Shown: positions 1 to 15,804 of the stretch, one piece after another
How the letters are laid out: every line of letters begins with the position of its first letter
How positions within the stretch are numbered: position 1 is the first letter of the stretch
Source: the human T2T-CHM13v2.0 reference genome, Homo sapiens
Length of the DNA stretch: 64,000 bases
Strand: one strand, 5' to 3'
Assembly: GCF_009914755.1 (NCBI RefSeq)
Contig: NC_060938.1
The notes under the pieces: model-generated
Databases searched by the model: none
Told to the model about the DNA's origin: nothing
What the model saw: only the letters and a program-made list of their open reading frames with translations
Position numbers and translations under genes: made by a program

Positions 1-691
1 TTTTTAAGCTATCAGTCATTATCAAAGGGTAAGACTTTTTTTTAAAGTAATTTTCTAAGAGTATAGAAAATAGGCCTAAGCACAGAAGAAATGTGGACAA
101 TGAAAAGGGAGGATCAGGGTTGGAGTTTGGGCAGGAAAACTGGAAATATAGAAATGCTATACCAGGAATTTAGATTTCCCTTCTCTAAGTATTCAAAACT
201 TTGTATGAGTTAACCCTTTAGTGGAAAAATAGCCAGAATATAGGATGGGAATCAAAATCCTGGGAATGCCTCTTTGACACATTGTCTTGCTATCTTCAAC
301 CAGCCTTTCTTAATTACTCACCTAGCAACATATGTCCCTTCCATTGTAATTAATCCCAAACTTTTTACAAGGCAGAGTGCTTGGAAGGAAAGTTAAATAC
401 TGGAGAACTTTCCAAGGTTAATTGCCAATTACTAATGATGCTCTTAGAAAAAAAATTTACAAAGCAATCCATTTCTCATTTATGGAGCTGTTTGAACATA
501 GCTCAGTCAGGTCAGGATCTGCTGACCTAAATTCAGGACATTTTCTGAAGATAGAAACAATGGCAGCTACCCTGTAGAGAAGAAATCAAGAAAATGTCAC
601 ATTTCAAAGAAGAAAATAGTTGTGTTTTTCTGCTCAGTTGATTGCCAGAACTCTGGCTAGGGCAAGTTAGAAAAGACAAAGTTGCTATTGA

Positions 692-803
692 ATATATACA
701 TATATATATATTCTATAATTATATATACATACATGTATACATATGCATACATACATAAGTGTGTATATGTATATGTGTGTATATATATAATATATATATA
801 TAA
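692..803. repeat. (TA)n/(CATA)n low-complexity microsatellite
   Basis: Imperfect TA/CA/TG dinucleotide run. Confidence 0.9.
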
Positions 804-1131
804 TTGAATTGGAGAACCCTTTAACCAAATATAGTATGGTTCTCCAATAATCCATATTCTAAATGCCTTAAATGTAGTTAGTCATTATTATTTTTTAAAT
901 AAATTTGTCAATCACTATTAATATTTTCTTCTGTTTCTGGAAATGTTATCTGAATATATGGACACACATATATGGAAGCAGGCAGTACACACTCATGTTT
1001 TAGTTTCCTTTTAACACCTATGAAAATGTATTCCCTAAAATTCTCATTCCACAAATTCAGATTTTCAAGAGATGTAGCTTTATTTGTTTACCTTTACACT
1101 TATGTCTTATTTTAGAGCATACTTTCTGCCT

Positions 1132-1909
1132 TGTAGCAGAAAGAAAATCTTGATAAACTTAGGGATTCCCCACTTTGCCTCTAAACTGACATCTCAGCTA
1201 GGAGTATAGGCAGTGTTTAGCCTGAAGTGTGGGGAGGGAGTGGCCTCTGGACTTCCTTCAGCCTATATGCACTATAATTTGAATTTCCACCATCTGAGAC
1301 AGATCATCCCACAGACCCCGCTAGGCCATCTCCAATTGCTGTTTGTCAGGCCTATTTGACTCTGGCTGTATGTACCTCCCAAGGGCAAAGGAGGCATTTG
1401 TTTGCTGCTCCTCCCCACTTTGGTGTGGCCAATTCTCACTTATGCTGTCTAAGGTGCTTTTCCTCTTTTATGCTATCCTTGAACTCACCAGAAATTATTC
1501 CATTGGTCCCAGACTCTGCTGGAAACTAGTAGAGGTTTGCCTCAGAAACACGTGCCCGGATGTATCATACAACTGCTTTCTGCTACTCCTTGGTGACCCT
1601 ACTTGAGTATATGTGGTGGTGGGATGGAGAGGATGAGACTTTGCCATTTTGTCAGGCTTCTCCAGGGAACTGAGACTCAGGCATTCTCTCAACTTGGTTA
1701 ACCCCAGGTATCTCAGGGTTTTGTTGTTCTCTAACTCATGATTAGTGGATTAGGGGAGGGGAGTAATAGAGTCTAACTCTTAAGTAATTTGTATCTCTTG
1801 TTATTCTCCTTGCTCTTGGGAAAGAGGCCATAGATTTTGACATGGAAATCGACCTTTTAGTTTTTTGTGTTCTCCCTTCTCTGGGACTATGAAGACAGAA
1901 TTTCCTACA
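1132..1909. mobile_element. Possible ancient solo LTR, family unassigned
   Basis: ~780-bp block of higher GC bounded by TGT...ACA in AT-rich surroundings; family not recognised. Confidence 0.3.
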
Positions 1910-2109
1910 GCTTAAATCTGAGAAAAGGGAGTGGGAGTAGGAAATAAGTAGGGAGAGGTAAGAACATGGGTAAATACAACAAAAGGATATGTGTCTACAA
2001 CTCTATACTGAAAAGCTTTTCATAGATACACTATTTTAAAGTGTATCTATGTGACTACATGGTATTATTTGTTTATACTACATTTTATATACTTCATAGT
2101 TTTTCAATT

Positions 2110-2320
2110 GAAAAGCAGCTACTTTTATTCTTTTCATTACCAATAATGCTATAATAAATGGGCAAATACGTTATTCACATGTGTGAGTATATATTTTTAG
2201 TTAAGTCTTTAGAAATGGAAGTCCTAGGTAAAGAGATAGATGCAATTTACATTTTGAAAGTGATTGCCAAAATGCCCTCCAAAGAGTTTGCAGTAATATA
2301 AAATCCCATTAAGAAAGTGT
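2110..2320 (-). mobile_element. Old L1M fragment (ORF2 3' region)
   Basis: Degenerate antisense L1 motifs 'tagaaatggaagtcctagg', 'attgccaaaatgccctccaaagagtttg'. Confidence 0.55.
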
Positions 2321-2590
2321 CAGGTAATAATATTTGTAAATGCATATTTCATATAATTGAATTCACTAATGCTATCTGAAGTCCATATCACAATTTTGAC
2401 TTTAAGAACACATAGAGTTTAAAGGATAAATTTGACATGTACTCTACCTACAATTATTTAAAATATGAATGATGGCAAGAATAATCACCATATCATCTGC
2501 ATTTTGTAATGTGTTTGCATTTCATAATGAATTTTCTAACATATTCTTTCTTTACGTTAGAAAATACATAAAATTATTTTTGAAAATTCT

Positions 2591-2700
2591 CTAGAGTGTA
2601 AGTTCTATGAGGCAGGGAGCTAGTCTATTGTCTCAGGATCTATATAGGGTTTGGCAATAAAGGGTGAGCTCAAAGAATATTTGTTGAATAAATAAATGAA
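2591..2700 (+). mobile_element. L2 3' end
   Basis: 'tagagtgtaagttctatgaggcaggg...atatttgttgaataaataaatgaa' resembles the L2 terminus. Confidence 0.7.
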
Positions 2701-3308
2701 AGATTGAAAACAAATGTAAAAAGTAATAAATAATTCCGACCTACAGAAATATTATACAAACAAAAGCACCTGTGATTCATTTGTCTTTACACAGAACTTT
2801 GTAGACATAATTGAATGAGCATAAGCTCTTTAAACTGTTTTAAGATAGACATTACTAACTCAAATGAATTCGAAAAGTCCAAAACATATTGTGACAGAAT
2901 AGATGAGAAGATAGGAGTGAAAAATAGCACAGAACTAAAAGTCTCCAATTACTTCCCCTGCCGTTCTTGAACAAATTCTATTGATAACCCAGTACCTCTC
3001 AGAGAAGTAGCTCCTGAGGAGTCTCATTTTATTTTGGGACAGTAGTGGCTCTTCAAAAAATCTTATGTTTCTAAGTTTAAATTTGTCTAAATTTGGCCTC
3101 TTCATTGGTCCAAAGGCCTCTGGTAAGGAATATCTACATTTTAGGCTTTCATTATTTGAAAAATATTTGTTTCCAAGATACTCCTCTGGTTCTATCATCC
3201 AAATTAACTAATCCCATATCCTTGCCTCTTTTTTTTTCCACAATCAATTCTACTTACTTTCTCTTTGTTTCTTTCTTTATTCTTCACTGGTCATCCTGAA
3301 TTGGTAGG

Positions 3309-3690
3309 TGTTTTAGTTTGTTCTCACACTACTATAAAGAACTACCTGAGACTGGGTAATTTATAAAGAAAAGAGGTACAATTGATTCACAGTTTCACAG
3401 GCTGTACAGGAGGCATGGCTGTGGAGGCCTCAGAAAACTTACAATCATGGTGGAAGAAAGGAGGAAAAGCAAGCATATCTTCACATGGTGTCAGGAGACA
3501 GAGAGAAGGAGGAAGTGCTACATACTTTTATAAAATCAGATCTCGTGAGAACTCACTGACTATCATGAGAACAGAGAGGGGGAAGTCTGCCTCCATGATC
3601 CAACCACTTCCCACCATGTCTCTCTGCCAACATTGGGAATAACAATTTGACATGAGATTTAGGTGGGGACACTAGAGCCAAACCATCTCT
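3309..3690 (-). mobile_element. ERVL-MaLR solo LTR (THE1D/MSTA-like)
   Basis: 'actacctgagactgggtaatttataaagaaaagagg' ... 'gagccaaacca'; perfect 5-bp TSD GTAGG at 3304-3308 and 3691-3695. Confidence 0.93.
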
Positions 3691-4786
3691 GTAGGAAGGG
3701 ATTTCCCATAAAAATACAGGTTTAGGAAAGTGAGCACTGCATTTAACATATGCCTGGATTTCGCTGAGATCTTTGGGAGAAGGAGAATAGATACAATCTC
3801 AATAAGGATTTGGGTTTAGAGGCCTGTATAGAGGACAAGACAGAAAGCAACACCTAACTGAGCTTTTGTAGACTATTAGAGCTGATGCTGCATCAAGCTG
3901 CGACTCTCAAAATGCCACCCAACACAGTATTTTTTTATCTTTTTCAGACGGAGCTCTGAATAGAAAATAAAATCCTCCTGAGAATTTATTACCATGAGTC
4001 TCCTGAAATTGATATTTGAATTTATACTGCCCACATAGGCCGGGAACACCAAACCAAAAACTTTAAATATAAAATATTTTTAAATGGTTCGTCACCAAGG
4101 GTAAAACTTGGAATGCTTAGTAGAGACAAAGATAAGACTAGTTTGAGATTTATGTCCTCTATTATTGACACACTGGCAATGTCCCACTGGACATGAACTG
4201 AGTCTGAATTAACTTGACAACTGAGGGAATGATACAACATAAATGGGAGTCAGGAGATACAACAAAGAATGGGGGGAACATCAAATGATAGAACAATAGT
4301 AGTATGGAGACTATACGATGTTTAACTTTCCTTAAGTCATGCAAGTCAATACAAACTTAAATAAATAACATAATATTATCAAAATAAAGCCAGTTGAATA
4401 TTTAAAGAATCAAATATAATTTTGATAAACAAAAACGTCATTACTTTCTAATGTTTAAAATAACTCAAAACAAAATTGAAAATGATTAACCTGAAGAAGA
4501 GATGAATGTCTTTAAAGATTATACTGAGGAATTTCTAGTGAATGAAACATGAAATAAGGAGATGAAAAACTTTAAAAAAAACGTTAAGCAGTATGGGCAG
4601 CCAGGTCTTGATGAGTCAGAATTTATTTCTTATGAGTTACAAAAGGGATGATCAGAAAGAATACAGGAGAAGTAAAATTGAAATGATAATTAATGGGAAC
4701 GTTGTAGACTTAAGAAAATAAATTTTTAGTTCCCAGGATTATAGTAAATCCCCAGAAAAGTAAAAATATGCCTAAAGAATACTTAG

Positions 4787-5683
4787 TATATTAGTTATCC
4801 ATTGTTACCTAATAAATTACCCAAGGCTATTCCAAAATTAAATAGCTTGAAACAATTACTTATTTTCACACAGTTTGTGTAGGTCAGAAATGATGGGTGG
4901 GTTCTGGCTCAAGATCTTTCAAAGGGTTGCAGCCAAGATGTCGGTGGCCAAGGCCACAGTCATGTGAATCCTTACGTGGGACTGGAGATCCACTCCAAGA
5001 TGTCTTGATCACATGGCTGGCAAGTTTTGCCACCCATTCTCCCAGAAATGCTTCCATGACACTCCAGAAATGTCTTCGTGAGATAAAGACTGATTCCCCT
5101 GGAAGACATAATCCAACAGAGAGAGAGAGAGAGGGAGAGAGAGACAGGGAGATGGAAGCTGTATCATTTCTATCTTCTAACCTTAGAAGTCCCATATAAT
5201 CAGTTTTACCACACTCTAGTAGTTAGAATTTGATATGGTTTGGCTGTGTCCCCACCCAACTCTCAGGTTGAATTGTGATTCTGAGTGTTGGAGGTGGGGC
5301 CTAAATCATGGGGGTTTCTAATGGTTTAGCACCATCCCTTTAGTGCTGCCTCTTGGTAAAGTTCTCATAAGATCTGATTGTTTAAAAGTGCGCCACACTA
5401 AAAGTGTTCACTCTCTTTCTCCTGCCACCATGTGAAGATATGCTTACTTTCCCTTCACCTTCCGCCATGATTTTAAGTTTCCTGAGGCCTCCCTGGCCAT
5501 GCATCCTATACAGCCTGCAGAACTGTGAGTCAGTTAAACTTCTTTTCTTTATAAATTACCCAGTCTCAGGTAGTTCTTTACAGCAATGTGAGAATGGACT
5601 AATTAAGAATTGAAACACTAAGTCTGTCCCACTTTCAGGGAAAAAGTGTCAAAAATTTGCCGACACATTCTAAAACCAGCATA
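4787..5683 (-). mobile_element. MLT1 (F/G/H-like) solo LTR, split by MSTA
   Basis: 'tattagttatccattgttac' start, 'tgtcaaaaatttgccgacacattctaaaacca' end; degenerate TSD CTTAG/CCTAG. Confidence 0.8.
5231..5606 (+). mobile_element. MSTA-like solo LTR
   Basis: Starts 'tgatatggtttggctgtgtccccaccc'; contains 'aatggtttagcaccatcc'; perfect TSD GAATT at 5226-5230 and 5607-5611. Confidence 0.93.
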
Positions 5684-6090
5684 CCTAGATAGTTGAAATA
5701 GCACTGCAAATTACCCCCAAACCAGGACAAAGAACCAAATACCAAAATAAGTTTATGAAAAATTTAGAAGTGTATATAAATAATACCTATCCTTAAACAG
5801 AATAAAATTTGGAAAGCAACTTAATATCTTCAAAGAGTTAACAAAACAACTGCCAATATATAATTCTAAAACCAAATGAACTATGATTCAAAAAGGAGTA
5901 AAAAGTACACAGGTTTTCAAAGAGCATATTAGCTGCAGTAATTTATCATCATCAGGTATTTCTTGAATGTGTTAAAGAAGCACCCTGGGGATGAGAATAT
6001 TGAAGTTAAGAAAGAATGACAAACAGAAAAAAAGGGTCATTAATGCTTATATCTGGATACTTGGTGAGTATTCAAAATAATAATGGCGGC

Positions 6091-6202
6091 TGGGAGGCTG
6101 AGGCAGGAGAATTGCTTGAACACATGTGGCGGAGGTTGCAGTGAGCTGAGATTGCAACACTGCACTCTAGCCTGGGTAACAGAGCAAGACTCCATCTCAA
6201 AA

Positions 6203-6241
<39 letters not shown>

Positions 6242-6243
6242 AT
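6091..6243 (+). mobile_element. 5'-truncated Alu (right arm) with (TAAA)n tail
   Basis: 'gggaggctgaggcaggagaattgcttgaa...gactccatctc' followed by a TAAA repeat. Confidence 0.92.
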
Positions 6244-9200
6244 GTAATTACTAACCTGGCATGGGTTAAAACAAAGGAAAGTAAAATACAAAAATAAGAA
6301 GAAGGAAATGTTCAAAATTAAGACATTCTAAGGTTCTAAAATTGTCTGGAGATGGCTAATAACTTTGATGGTTTTCATCATTATTAACTTAATGAAATAG
6401 TCCAGAAAACAATATATCTTGTAATGACTACAGATATTACAAAATATTTAAGTACTATAATTAGACAGCACAACAAAAAATGAAAGAAACAAATAATGCA
6501 CAGTTTTCACAGTCAATGCAAGCTGAGTAAACTTACAAATCCAAAATAAAATGCTATCAGTTTATATTGTTACACAAATAAGTCAAAGGACAGAGAACTA
6601 AGAAACAAAATGATAAAGAGATAGATCCTAAGTAAATATTAAGAAATAGATAATTCGGCAAGTGATGGTGATGGTTATATAAGAAATAAATTAGCTTTAA
6701 TACAGAAGTATTATTTGCCAAAAGATGATTGTGATGTGATGTTGAAAAGATCAATCCATTAGACAAATATAAAACCCTAAATATTTATTATCTATTTAAA
6801 TAATCTTAAAAGACAATTTTTTTTCCAAAATTATCAAGAAAAATTAATAAATTTTGTGTACATGTCTTAGTAATCAAAATAACACAGAGAAAAAATAATA
6901 AAAGCTATAGAATATTTGAAAAGGATAATTCAGAAGCTTAACCTTAGACATGTATAGACTCCAGTACCATGAAATTATGAAACATATATATTTTACTCAA
7001 CTACACTTTCAAATCCCTACAAAAATTAATCAAGTATTATACCATCTAAGAATTTCCAAAAAATACCAGATAACTCATGATATATTCCCTGTAATATAAG
7101 TTATTACTGTTAGTACAAAATTTAAGAACTATTTTAATGTCCCATTATTTAATGCATTGCTGTGTGGGAATAAAGTTAGACAAATGAACAAATGAGACAA
7201 AATGAAACTCCAGAAAGAGAGGAATCCATCCTCTAAAAACTTGAAATACAACAAATGGGAAATTTTAAATCAATAGGGAGAGAAAAGCCTGTTCAACATG
7301 GTGATGAGACAACTATTTATCCATATGACAAATAAACATAGAAACGGCCAAAAAATATTCTGTTGTCAACAGAAATAAAAATCCTTTCCAGATGCATTAA
7401 AGACATCAATCTGATATGAAAACGTTATACTTTCATTGGAAAACAATAACTATTTTCATGGTCTAATTGTAGGTATTAATTATTTATGCCAGATGAAAGA
7501 AGAAAAAAATAAAAACAAGTTAATAAATATTACCACATCAGTGTTTAAAACATAGAAATGAGAAATGTTAACATAAGCAAAGGGAAGATTGATGTTGCAG
7601 ATTAGGAAAATAAATTGTCCACTTGTATAGAGAAAAATGCATTATTTTTACAATGTACTCCTATAAAATGATAAGAGAAAGAGAAACAACACAAAGTAAC
7701 AAAATAAACCGCATATCTGAAAGGAAAATTAAAGGGGCACAAACACATACATATACACAAACATACCCATTTCAATATCATTAATACTCAACATGCAAAT
7801 CGAAACAGCAATGAAATAACATTTTCGCTCCATAAGACTGTCAAGACTGGCAGACATACATCCCAGGAACCATGCAGAAGAATTTTTTTTCAGTATTATT
7901 TATCATACTAAAACATTTTTTAAAAAGCAGTGGTAGAATGGGGAAAGAAATTGTTTCTGTATTGTTTTATAAAAGATTATTGTCATTGAAGACTGTATCA
8001 ATCAATTTGGAATGGTAATGTACAAAATGTGTATATCTAAAGTTCTGAAAATTAGTAGAGAGTAAATTTGCTAAACTGTGAAATGTTCACATGACCAATC
8101 TAATTTTTATAGAATATTAGAATTTATACAAGCTAATTTGGCAAATTTTTATTAATGTTTTTATATATTCCCTACATACATAGGCTACTTAATATAAAAA
8201 ATATAATTTGATATCCCCTCTGAGTCATTTAACATTTCATTGGAATTGTGCCATTTTATTTATTCTTGAGAAATTTGACATTTCATGTTCCATTACAGTT
8301 GTTATCACATGCTTTATATTTCTAACAGTTGTACCCTACAAATCTCTAAAGGGCTTGCACTCAGACTTTTCCTTATTCTTCAAACCACCTTTGACAAAGT
8401 CGATCTTTAAAAATGTTTATTGAATAAAGTATTAATATATTTAGAGTGTTTGTAAGTGAAAGCTTTTCTTTGGTGGTATGATGAACATTTCTTTCTAATA
8501 TAGATAATTAAGAAAACCTAATCAAAAGTTCCATCAATAATTCAAATATTATGGAGACAGTAGAAACAATAGAGGGACAATTTCCAAACAAAATAGAGAA
8601 ATGAATGGCTTTCTTACCTTGCTTTTATTCATTTTATTTACCAGAAAGTATTTCTGGAAGATTTGGAACACCTCTCTCACACTTTCTACCATTAAAATAA
8701 TTTCATAGGCTCTTTCCTGAAATTTAGCCTTCAAGAATGATTCCTAGGGCGATTGTGATAATCATCTTTGCCTTCCTAGTATTCCTTTATCTTTTTCTCA
8801 ACCAACTTCACATTTTATTTACAGTTCACAAAATTTCCACTTGAGATTTTTTAAATGATTTTAAAATAGCCTTATGTAACAAAGATCTTAGAGAATGTTA
8901 TTATATTAAAACATCCTGAAGATTCTGAGTTGATGAAAAGTAGTTTGATAATTCTATTATTTGACTCTCTTATTCTTCCTCCAATAAGACTAAATAATTG
9001 ATTATTTCTATACATTTTTTCTTAAGTAGATTTAATATACCAACTATTAAATTATTGTATTTAACAGACAATAAACTTAGAAGACCTCAGAAAGGAGAGA
9101 AATAATCTATGGTGTACCAAAAGGTAAAATGTTGCAGTTTTATCTTAAGTATATAACCCTTGTAAGATGAAGTAGACATGATTTACAAAATATAAATTGA

Positions 9201-9799
9201 AGCATGCAACACTAACAATAATGTTTAGGATACTCAGATGATAAAACGATAAGATATATGACAAGCATGATAGTCACAAAGCTCAGGAGAAGTAATACTC
9301 AGGATAGCAGGAATGGCTTGGGTTTAGGAGTGGCTTGTAGAGGTATCAGAGATACCTAGCAAGGTTCTTGCTCTTGGTATAGTAGTGATTAAAATAAAAA
9401 AGGAATTAGTAATTCATAACCTGTATATTTCTTTTGTGTGATTTTCTCTACTTATTTTTAACAATAAAATTTTATACAGATGTAAATGAGCATATTTTAC
9501 TTTTGTTTGAAAATTTAGAAAAAAATGGACAATCTTAGCAAAATATAACCTATGAAAACTAAAATAAAAATAAATAAAATTCTGAGTATATTTACACACA
9601 AATGTAGCAAACCAAATGAGTGATGCATAAAAAACAGTATGTTGTGTGTATTCCACAAATAAAGGAATAAAATATTAGCAATAAAAATACATATTAGTAA
9701 AATAATAATATTTTTAAATCACCAAAATAAAAAAATTAAAGAGTAGAATTTCTTAGTGAAAATTTAAAAGAAAATGGCAACACCTCCATACAGACATTT

Positions 9800-10815
<1,016 letters not shown>

Positions 10816-10990
10816 GAGCTCCATTATCTTGAAGTCTTCATTCATAAGTGAACGTATAAATACCATTTAAGATGCAGTAAACATGACTATATCTATGTCT
10901 CTATCTATCATCTGTTTACACACATACTCAAAATGTATAGAGAAAAATATATACACAAAACTGTTTAAGAGTCAGCAGCTAAGGTGTGCT

Positions 10991-11050
10991 GATGATAGGT
11001 AGATAGATAGAAAGATAGATAGATGGATAGATAGATAGATTGATTGATAG
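10991..11050. repeat. (GATA)n tetranucleotide STR
   Basis: Imperfect GATA repeats. Confidence 0.92.
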
Positions 11051-12608
11051 ACTGCAAAGCCAGTGGAAGTGTGCTCTTCATGGGCTAAGTTCTGTGACTC
11101 TCTTTGTCCTTGATTTAGCACTCTTCCCTGCCAGGCTCCATAACCCAGGAATTGCAAGGCAAGGTTAACCGTGAGAAAGGACTCACTTGCAACCCAAAGC
11201 AAGTGAATTTGAATGGCTCCACAGGTCATCAAATCATTAGGTCTTGGAGATGACGATCAGAAATGTTTTTTATCTACATTGCATAATCAGAAACAAGACA
11301 AAAGTTTAATGAATACCAACCAGCAGGATCAGCCCCTCTAAGTTCTTGGTCTCCATCACACCAGTTGTAAGTATGGGGCATGGAACCTGTAGTAGCAGCA
11401 TTTCTGTTCATTCACCTTTGTTGTTACTGTTGTTACTGTGTTTATTTCAGGAAATTTGCTGTTCACTCATAGACTGAGCGTCATGTCAGGGCTTTGAGTC
11501 AAGGTTTTGATTTCAGGAAGAGCGTTGATTTTACAGAAATGAGACGACACTTACAGAAAGCTGAAGTGATAGAACCTGTTAAGAAAATAGTTTCACTTCT
11601 CTCAAGATAAAGTCATACAATTTTCAATAAAATTTACTCCTGAATTACTCAGGAGATAAAGGCATACCTTATCTGAAACAGGTGTTCCATGTCCCTCCTG
11701 TTTTTACATGAAGCTACAAGGTAAAAAGGAACAAAAATGGACACTGATTTATTCATGAATGAAGAGGCTCTGACTTCTCATCCATATGCTTAACAATAAA
11801 GGAAAACACTGACAGACGTGGTAGTAATTCAATAGGTATCCAAAAGTAGGAGAATTGCGTGAAGCCTCTATTTCATCTCATCCTTTCCTGGTTGTTGTAA
11901 CGGACGGCAAAGAATCCAAACCCACCATTGGCATATTTAGTGCACACTGATGGAATCTTAATATCCATACATTGACTTTTTATCAAGTTAAGTGCTATCT
12001 TAATATCTAATTGTAGGCTACTGGCTTTATTTACGTTGTTTCTAACCGATAAAAAAAATCTTCAACCACTACGGAAATTAAAATGTCAGAAACAGCTATT
12101 AGAGGTAGTAATAATATATAGTCACATTTGATGCTCTCACTTATGAGCGATTACTTATGAAGTGTATAAATTCTAAATCTCTGTTAACATATGTGAGAAT
12201 AGCAGTAGCAAGGATTATCTAATGCTCTTGTAATTAAGGGGATAAGCATTTTCAAGAAGATTATTACAGGCATACCTCAGACACATAGCACATTTCCTTC
12301 CAGACCACTGAAATAAAGTGAATGTCACAATAAATCGAGTCACACAATTTTTTTTATTTCCAATTGCCTATAATATTCAGGTTCACAGGATACTGTAGTC
12401 TAGTAAGTATGCAATAGCATTATATCTAAAATGTACATAATTTAAAAATACTTTATTTCTAAAAATGTCAGCCATCATCTCCACCTTCAGCAAGTTGTTA
12501 TTTTTTGCTAGTGGAGGGTCTTGCTTTGGTATTGGTGGCTGCTTACTGATAGGGTGGTAGTTACTTACAGTTCAGGTGGCTTTGGCAGTTTCTTAAAATA
12601 AGACAACA

Positions 12609-12940
<332 letters not shown>

Positions 12941-13216
12941 TCATGAAAAATTCCTCTGTAGCATGGAATGCTGTTTGATAGCATTTCACTTACAGTAGAA
13001 CTTACTTCAAAATTGGAATCAATCCTAACTTTGCCATTGCCTTATCAATTAAGTTTATGTAATATTCTAAACCCTTTGTTCTCATTTCAGCAATGTTCAT
13101 AGCATATTCACCAGGAGTGTATTCTTCTAAAGAGAACACCTTCTTTGCTCAACCATAAGAAGAAATTCCTTATTCATTCAGGTTTTATCATGATATTACA
13201 GCAATTCAACCACATT

Positions 13217-14491
13217 TTAAGGCCACACTTCTATTAATAATTCTAGTTCTCTTGTTATTTCCACCACATCTGCAGTTACTGACTTCACTGAAGTCTTGAA
13301 TCCCTCAAAGTCATCCATCACGGTTGGACTCACCTTCTTCCAAATTCTTGCTAATGTTGGTGTATTTGCCCCCTCCCATGAGTCAAAAATGTTCTCAATG
13401 GCATCTAGAATCGTGCATTCTTTCTGTAAGTTTTCCAATTTGCTTTGCTCAGATTGATCAGAAGAGTCGTCACTATTTACGGCAGTTATAGTGTTATAAA
13501 ATATGTTTTTAAAATAATAAGACTTGAAAGTCAAAATTAGTCCTTGATCCATGGGTTGCTAAAACTATTGTTGTGTTATAAAGGCATGTAAACACATTAA
13601 TATCCTTGTACCTCTCCATCAGAGCTCTTGGGTTACCAGCTGTATTGTCAATGAGTAGTAGTTTATCGAAAGAAATCTTTGCTTTTGAGTAGGAGGTCTC
13701 AATTATAAGCTTAAAATATTCACAAACCATGGTGTAAAGGGATGATCAGTCATCTAGGCTTTGTTTTTCCATTAATAGAGCACAGATAGAATAGATATAG
13801 TATTATTCTTGAGGGCCCTAGGATTGTTGGAGTGGTAAATAAGCATTGGCTTCAATTTAAAGCCACCAGCTGTTTTAGCCCCTAACAAGACAGTTAGCCT
13901 GTCCTTTGAAGCTTTGAAGCCAGGCATTGACGTCTCCTTTCTATCTATGAAAGGTCTACATGGCCCCTTCTTCCAAGAGAATGCTGTTTTGTCTGTATTG
14001 AAAATCTGTTTAGTGTGGCCACCTTCATCAAATATCTTATCTAGATATTCTGGATAACTTGCTGCACTTCTCCACTAGCACTTGCTGCTTCACTTTGCAC
14101 TTTTTTGCTTCTTTCCTTAAACATTGTGAACCCATGAACTTCTGCTAGCTTCAAACTTTTCTTCTGCAGCCTCCTCACCCCTCTCAGTCTTCATAGAATT
14201 GAAGAGAGCTACGGTCTTGCCATGGATTATGCTTTGACTTAAGAGAATGTTGTATCCGGTTAAATATTCTATACAGAGCAGTGAAACATTCTCATATCAG
14301 CAATCACACTGTTTTGCATTCTTAGCATTTGTGTGCTCACTAAAGTGGCACTTTTAATTTCCCTCAAAAACTTTTTCTTTGCACTCTCACATTGGCCGTT
14401 TGGCACAAGAGGCCTAACTTCTGGCCTGTTTTGACTTTCAACAGTTCCTTCCTCAATAAGATTAATCATTTCTCTCTTTGTATTTAAAGTG
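13217..14491 (-). pseudogene. Disrupted Tigger1 transposase (CENP-B-type HTH + DDE)
   Basis: ORF fragments TLNTKREMINLIEEG, LLLIDNTAGNPRALME, MDQGLILTFKSYY; frameshifts and stops between them. Confidence 0.9.
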
Positions 14492-14494
14492 AAT

Positions 14495-15027
14495 CCCCGT
14501 ACTGAGTATATACCCAAAGTATTATAGATCATTCTACTATAAAGACACATGCACATATATGTTCATTGTGGTACTATCACAATGGCAAAGACTTAGAAGC
14601 AACCCAAATTTCCATCAATAATAGACTGGATAAAGAAAATGTGGCACATATACACCATGGAGTACTATGTGGCCATAAAAAAGGATGAGTTTATGTCATT
14701 TGCAGGGACATGGATGAAGCTGGAAACCATCATTCTTAGCAAACTATCACAAGAACAGAAAACCAAACACCGCATGTTCTCATTCATAAGTGGGAGTTGA
14801 ACAATGAGAACACATGGACACAGGGAGGGGAACATCACACACTGGGGCCTGTCGAGGGATGGGAGGCTAGTGGAGGGATGACATTAGGGGAAATACCTAA
14901 TGTAGTGATGGGTTGATGGGTCCAGCAAACCACCATGACACATGTATACCTATGTAACAAAACTGCACGTTCTGCACAAGTACCCCAGAACTTAAAGTAT
15001 AATTAAAAAGAAAAAAGAAAAAATAAT
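14495..15027 (+). mobile_element. 5'-truncated L1PA (L1PA7/8-like) 3' end inserted in Tigger1
   Basis: ORF2 end, 3'UTR, 'cttaaagtataat' and A tail; TSD TAAAGTGAAT at 14485-14494 and 15027-15036. Confidence 0.95.
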
Positions 15028-15804
15028 AAAGTGAATTTAACATGTGAACTGTTTACTTGAGCACCTAGAGGCCATTACAGGGTTATTATTGGCCTTGTTT
15101 CAATATTGTGGTATTTAAAGGAATAGGGAGATTTGAGAAAGGGAACACAAACAGGAGGAGGCTGGTTCATGGAGCAGTCAGAACACACAGCATTTCTTAA
15201 GTTCTCTGTCTTATTTGGGCATGGTTTCTGGTACTCCCAAGAAATTACAATAGTGACACTAAAGATCACTGATCACAGGCCACCATAACAGAATAATAAT
15301 TTAAAAAGTGTCATATTATGAGAATTACCAAAATATGACACAGAGACATGATGTGAGCATATAGTGTTGGCAAAATGATGCCAAGAGATTTGCTTGATGC
15401 AGGATTACCATAGACCTTCAATTTGCAAAAATAATTAAAAATTAAAAAATTAAAAAAGTATTCTATGCTAAGTGTAGGAAAGTGCAATAAAATGAAGTAT
15501 GCTTGTATTATTTGTAAATATTGGATTTTAAAAATAGTATGTAGAAGAACTGAATCACACAGGTAAATTCGAAATATATTAATGGTAGAGCCTTACACTC
15601 ATCCAGTATTTGGCAAGGGTCAGGTATTTAGCCTATTAATTTTCAAAAATAAAATTAAAACAATCTTTATATGTGTTGTTATTTACTTTGTTAGTGTTAT
15701 AAGATTGATAATTAAGTTAATTGTACCTTAACATCTAGCTGATGAAAAGTAGTACATGTTGTTTCACAATAATGCATTTTCCCACTTAAAGTCTTGAAAT
15801 TATC

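Larger units (their letters stand above)
4380..8000 (+). mobile_element. Fragmented, highly decayed old L1 (L1M-type; ORF1 to ORF2 remnants) interrupted by MLT1, MSTA and Alu
   Basis: A-rich strand; ORF1-like remnants at ~4620-4720 and ~5810-5900; ORF2-like remnants ~6500-7900 ('atgcaaatcgaaacagcaatgaaatac'); boundaries approximate. Confidence 0.6.

Noticed and set aside
13217-13730. DDE transposase-like ORFs as a domesticated TIGD gene
   Set aside because: Frameshifted, stop-disrupted and inside a TIR-bounded Tigger1 fossil.
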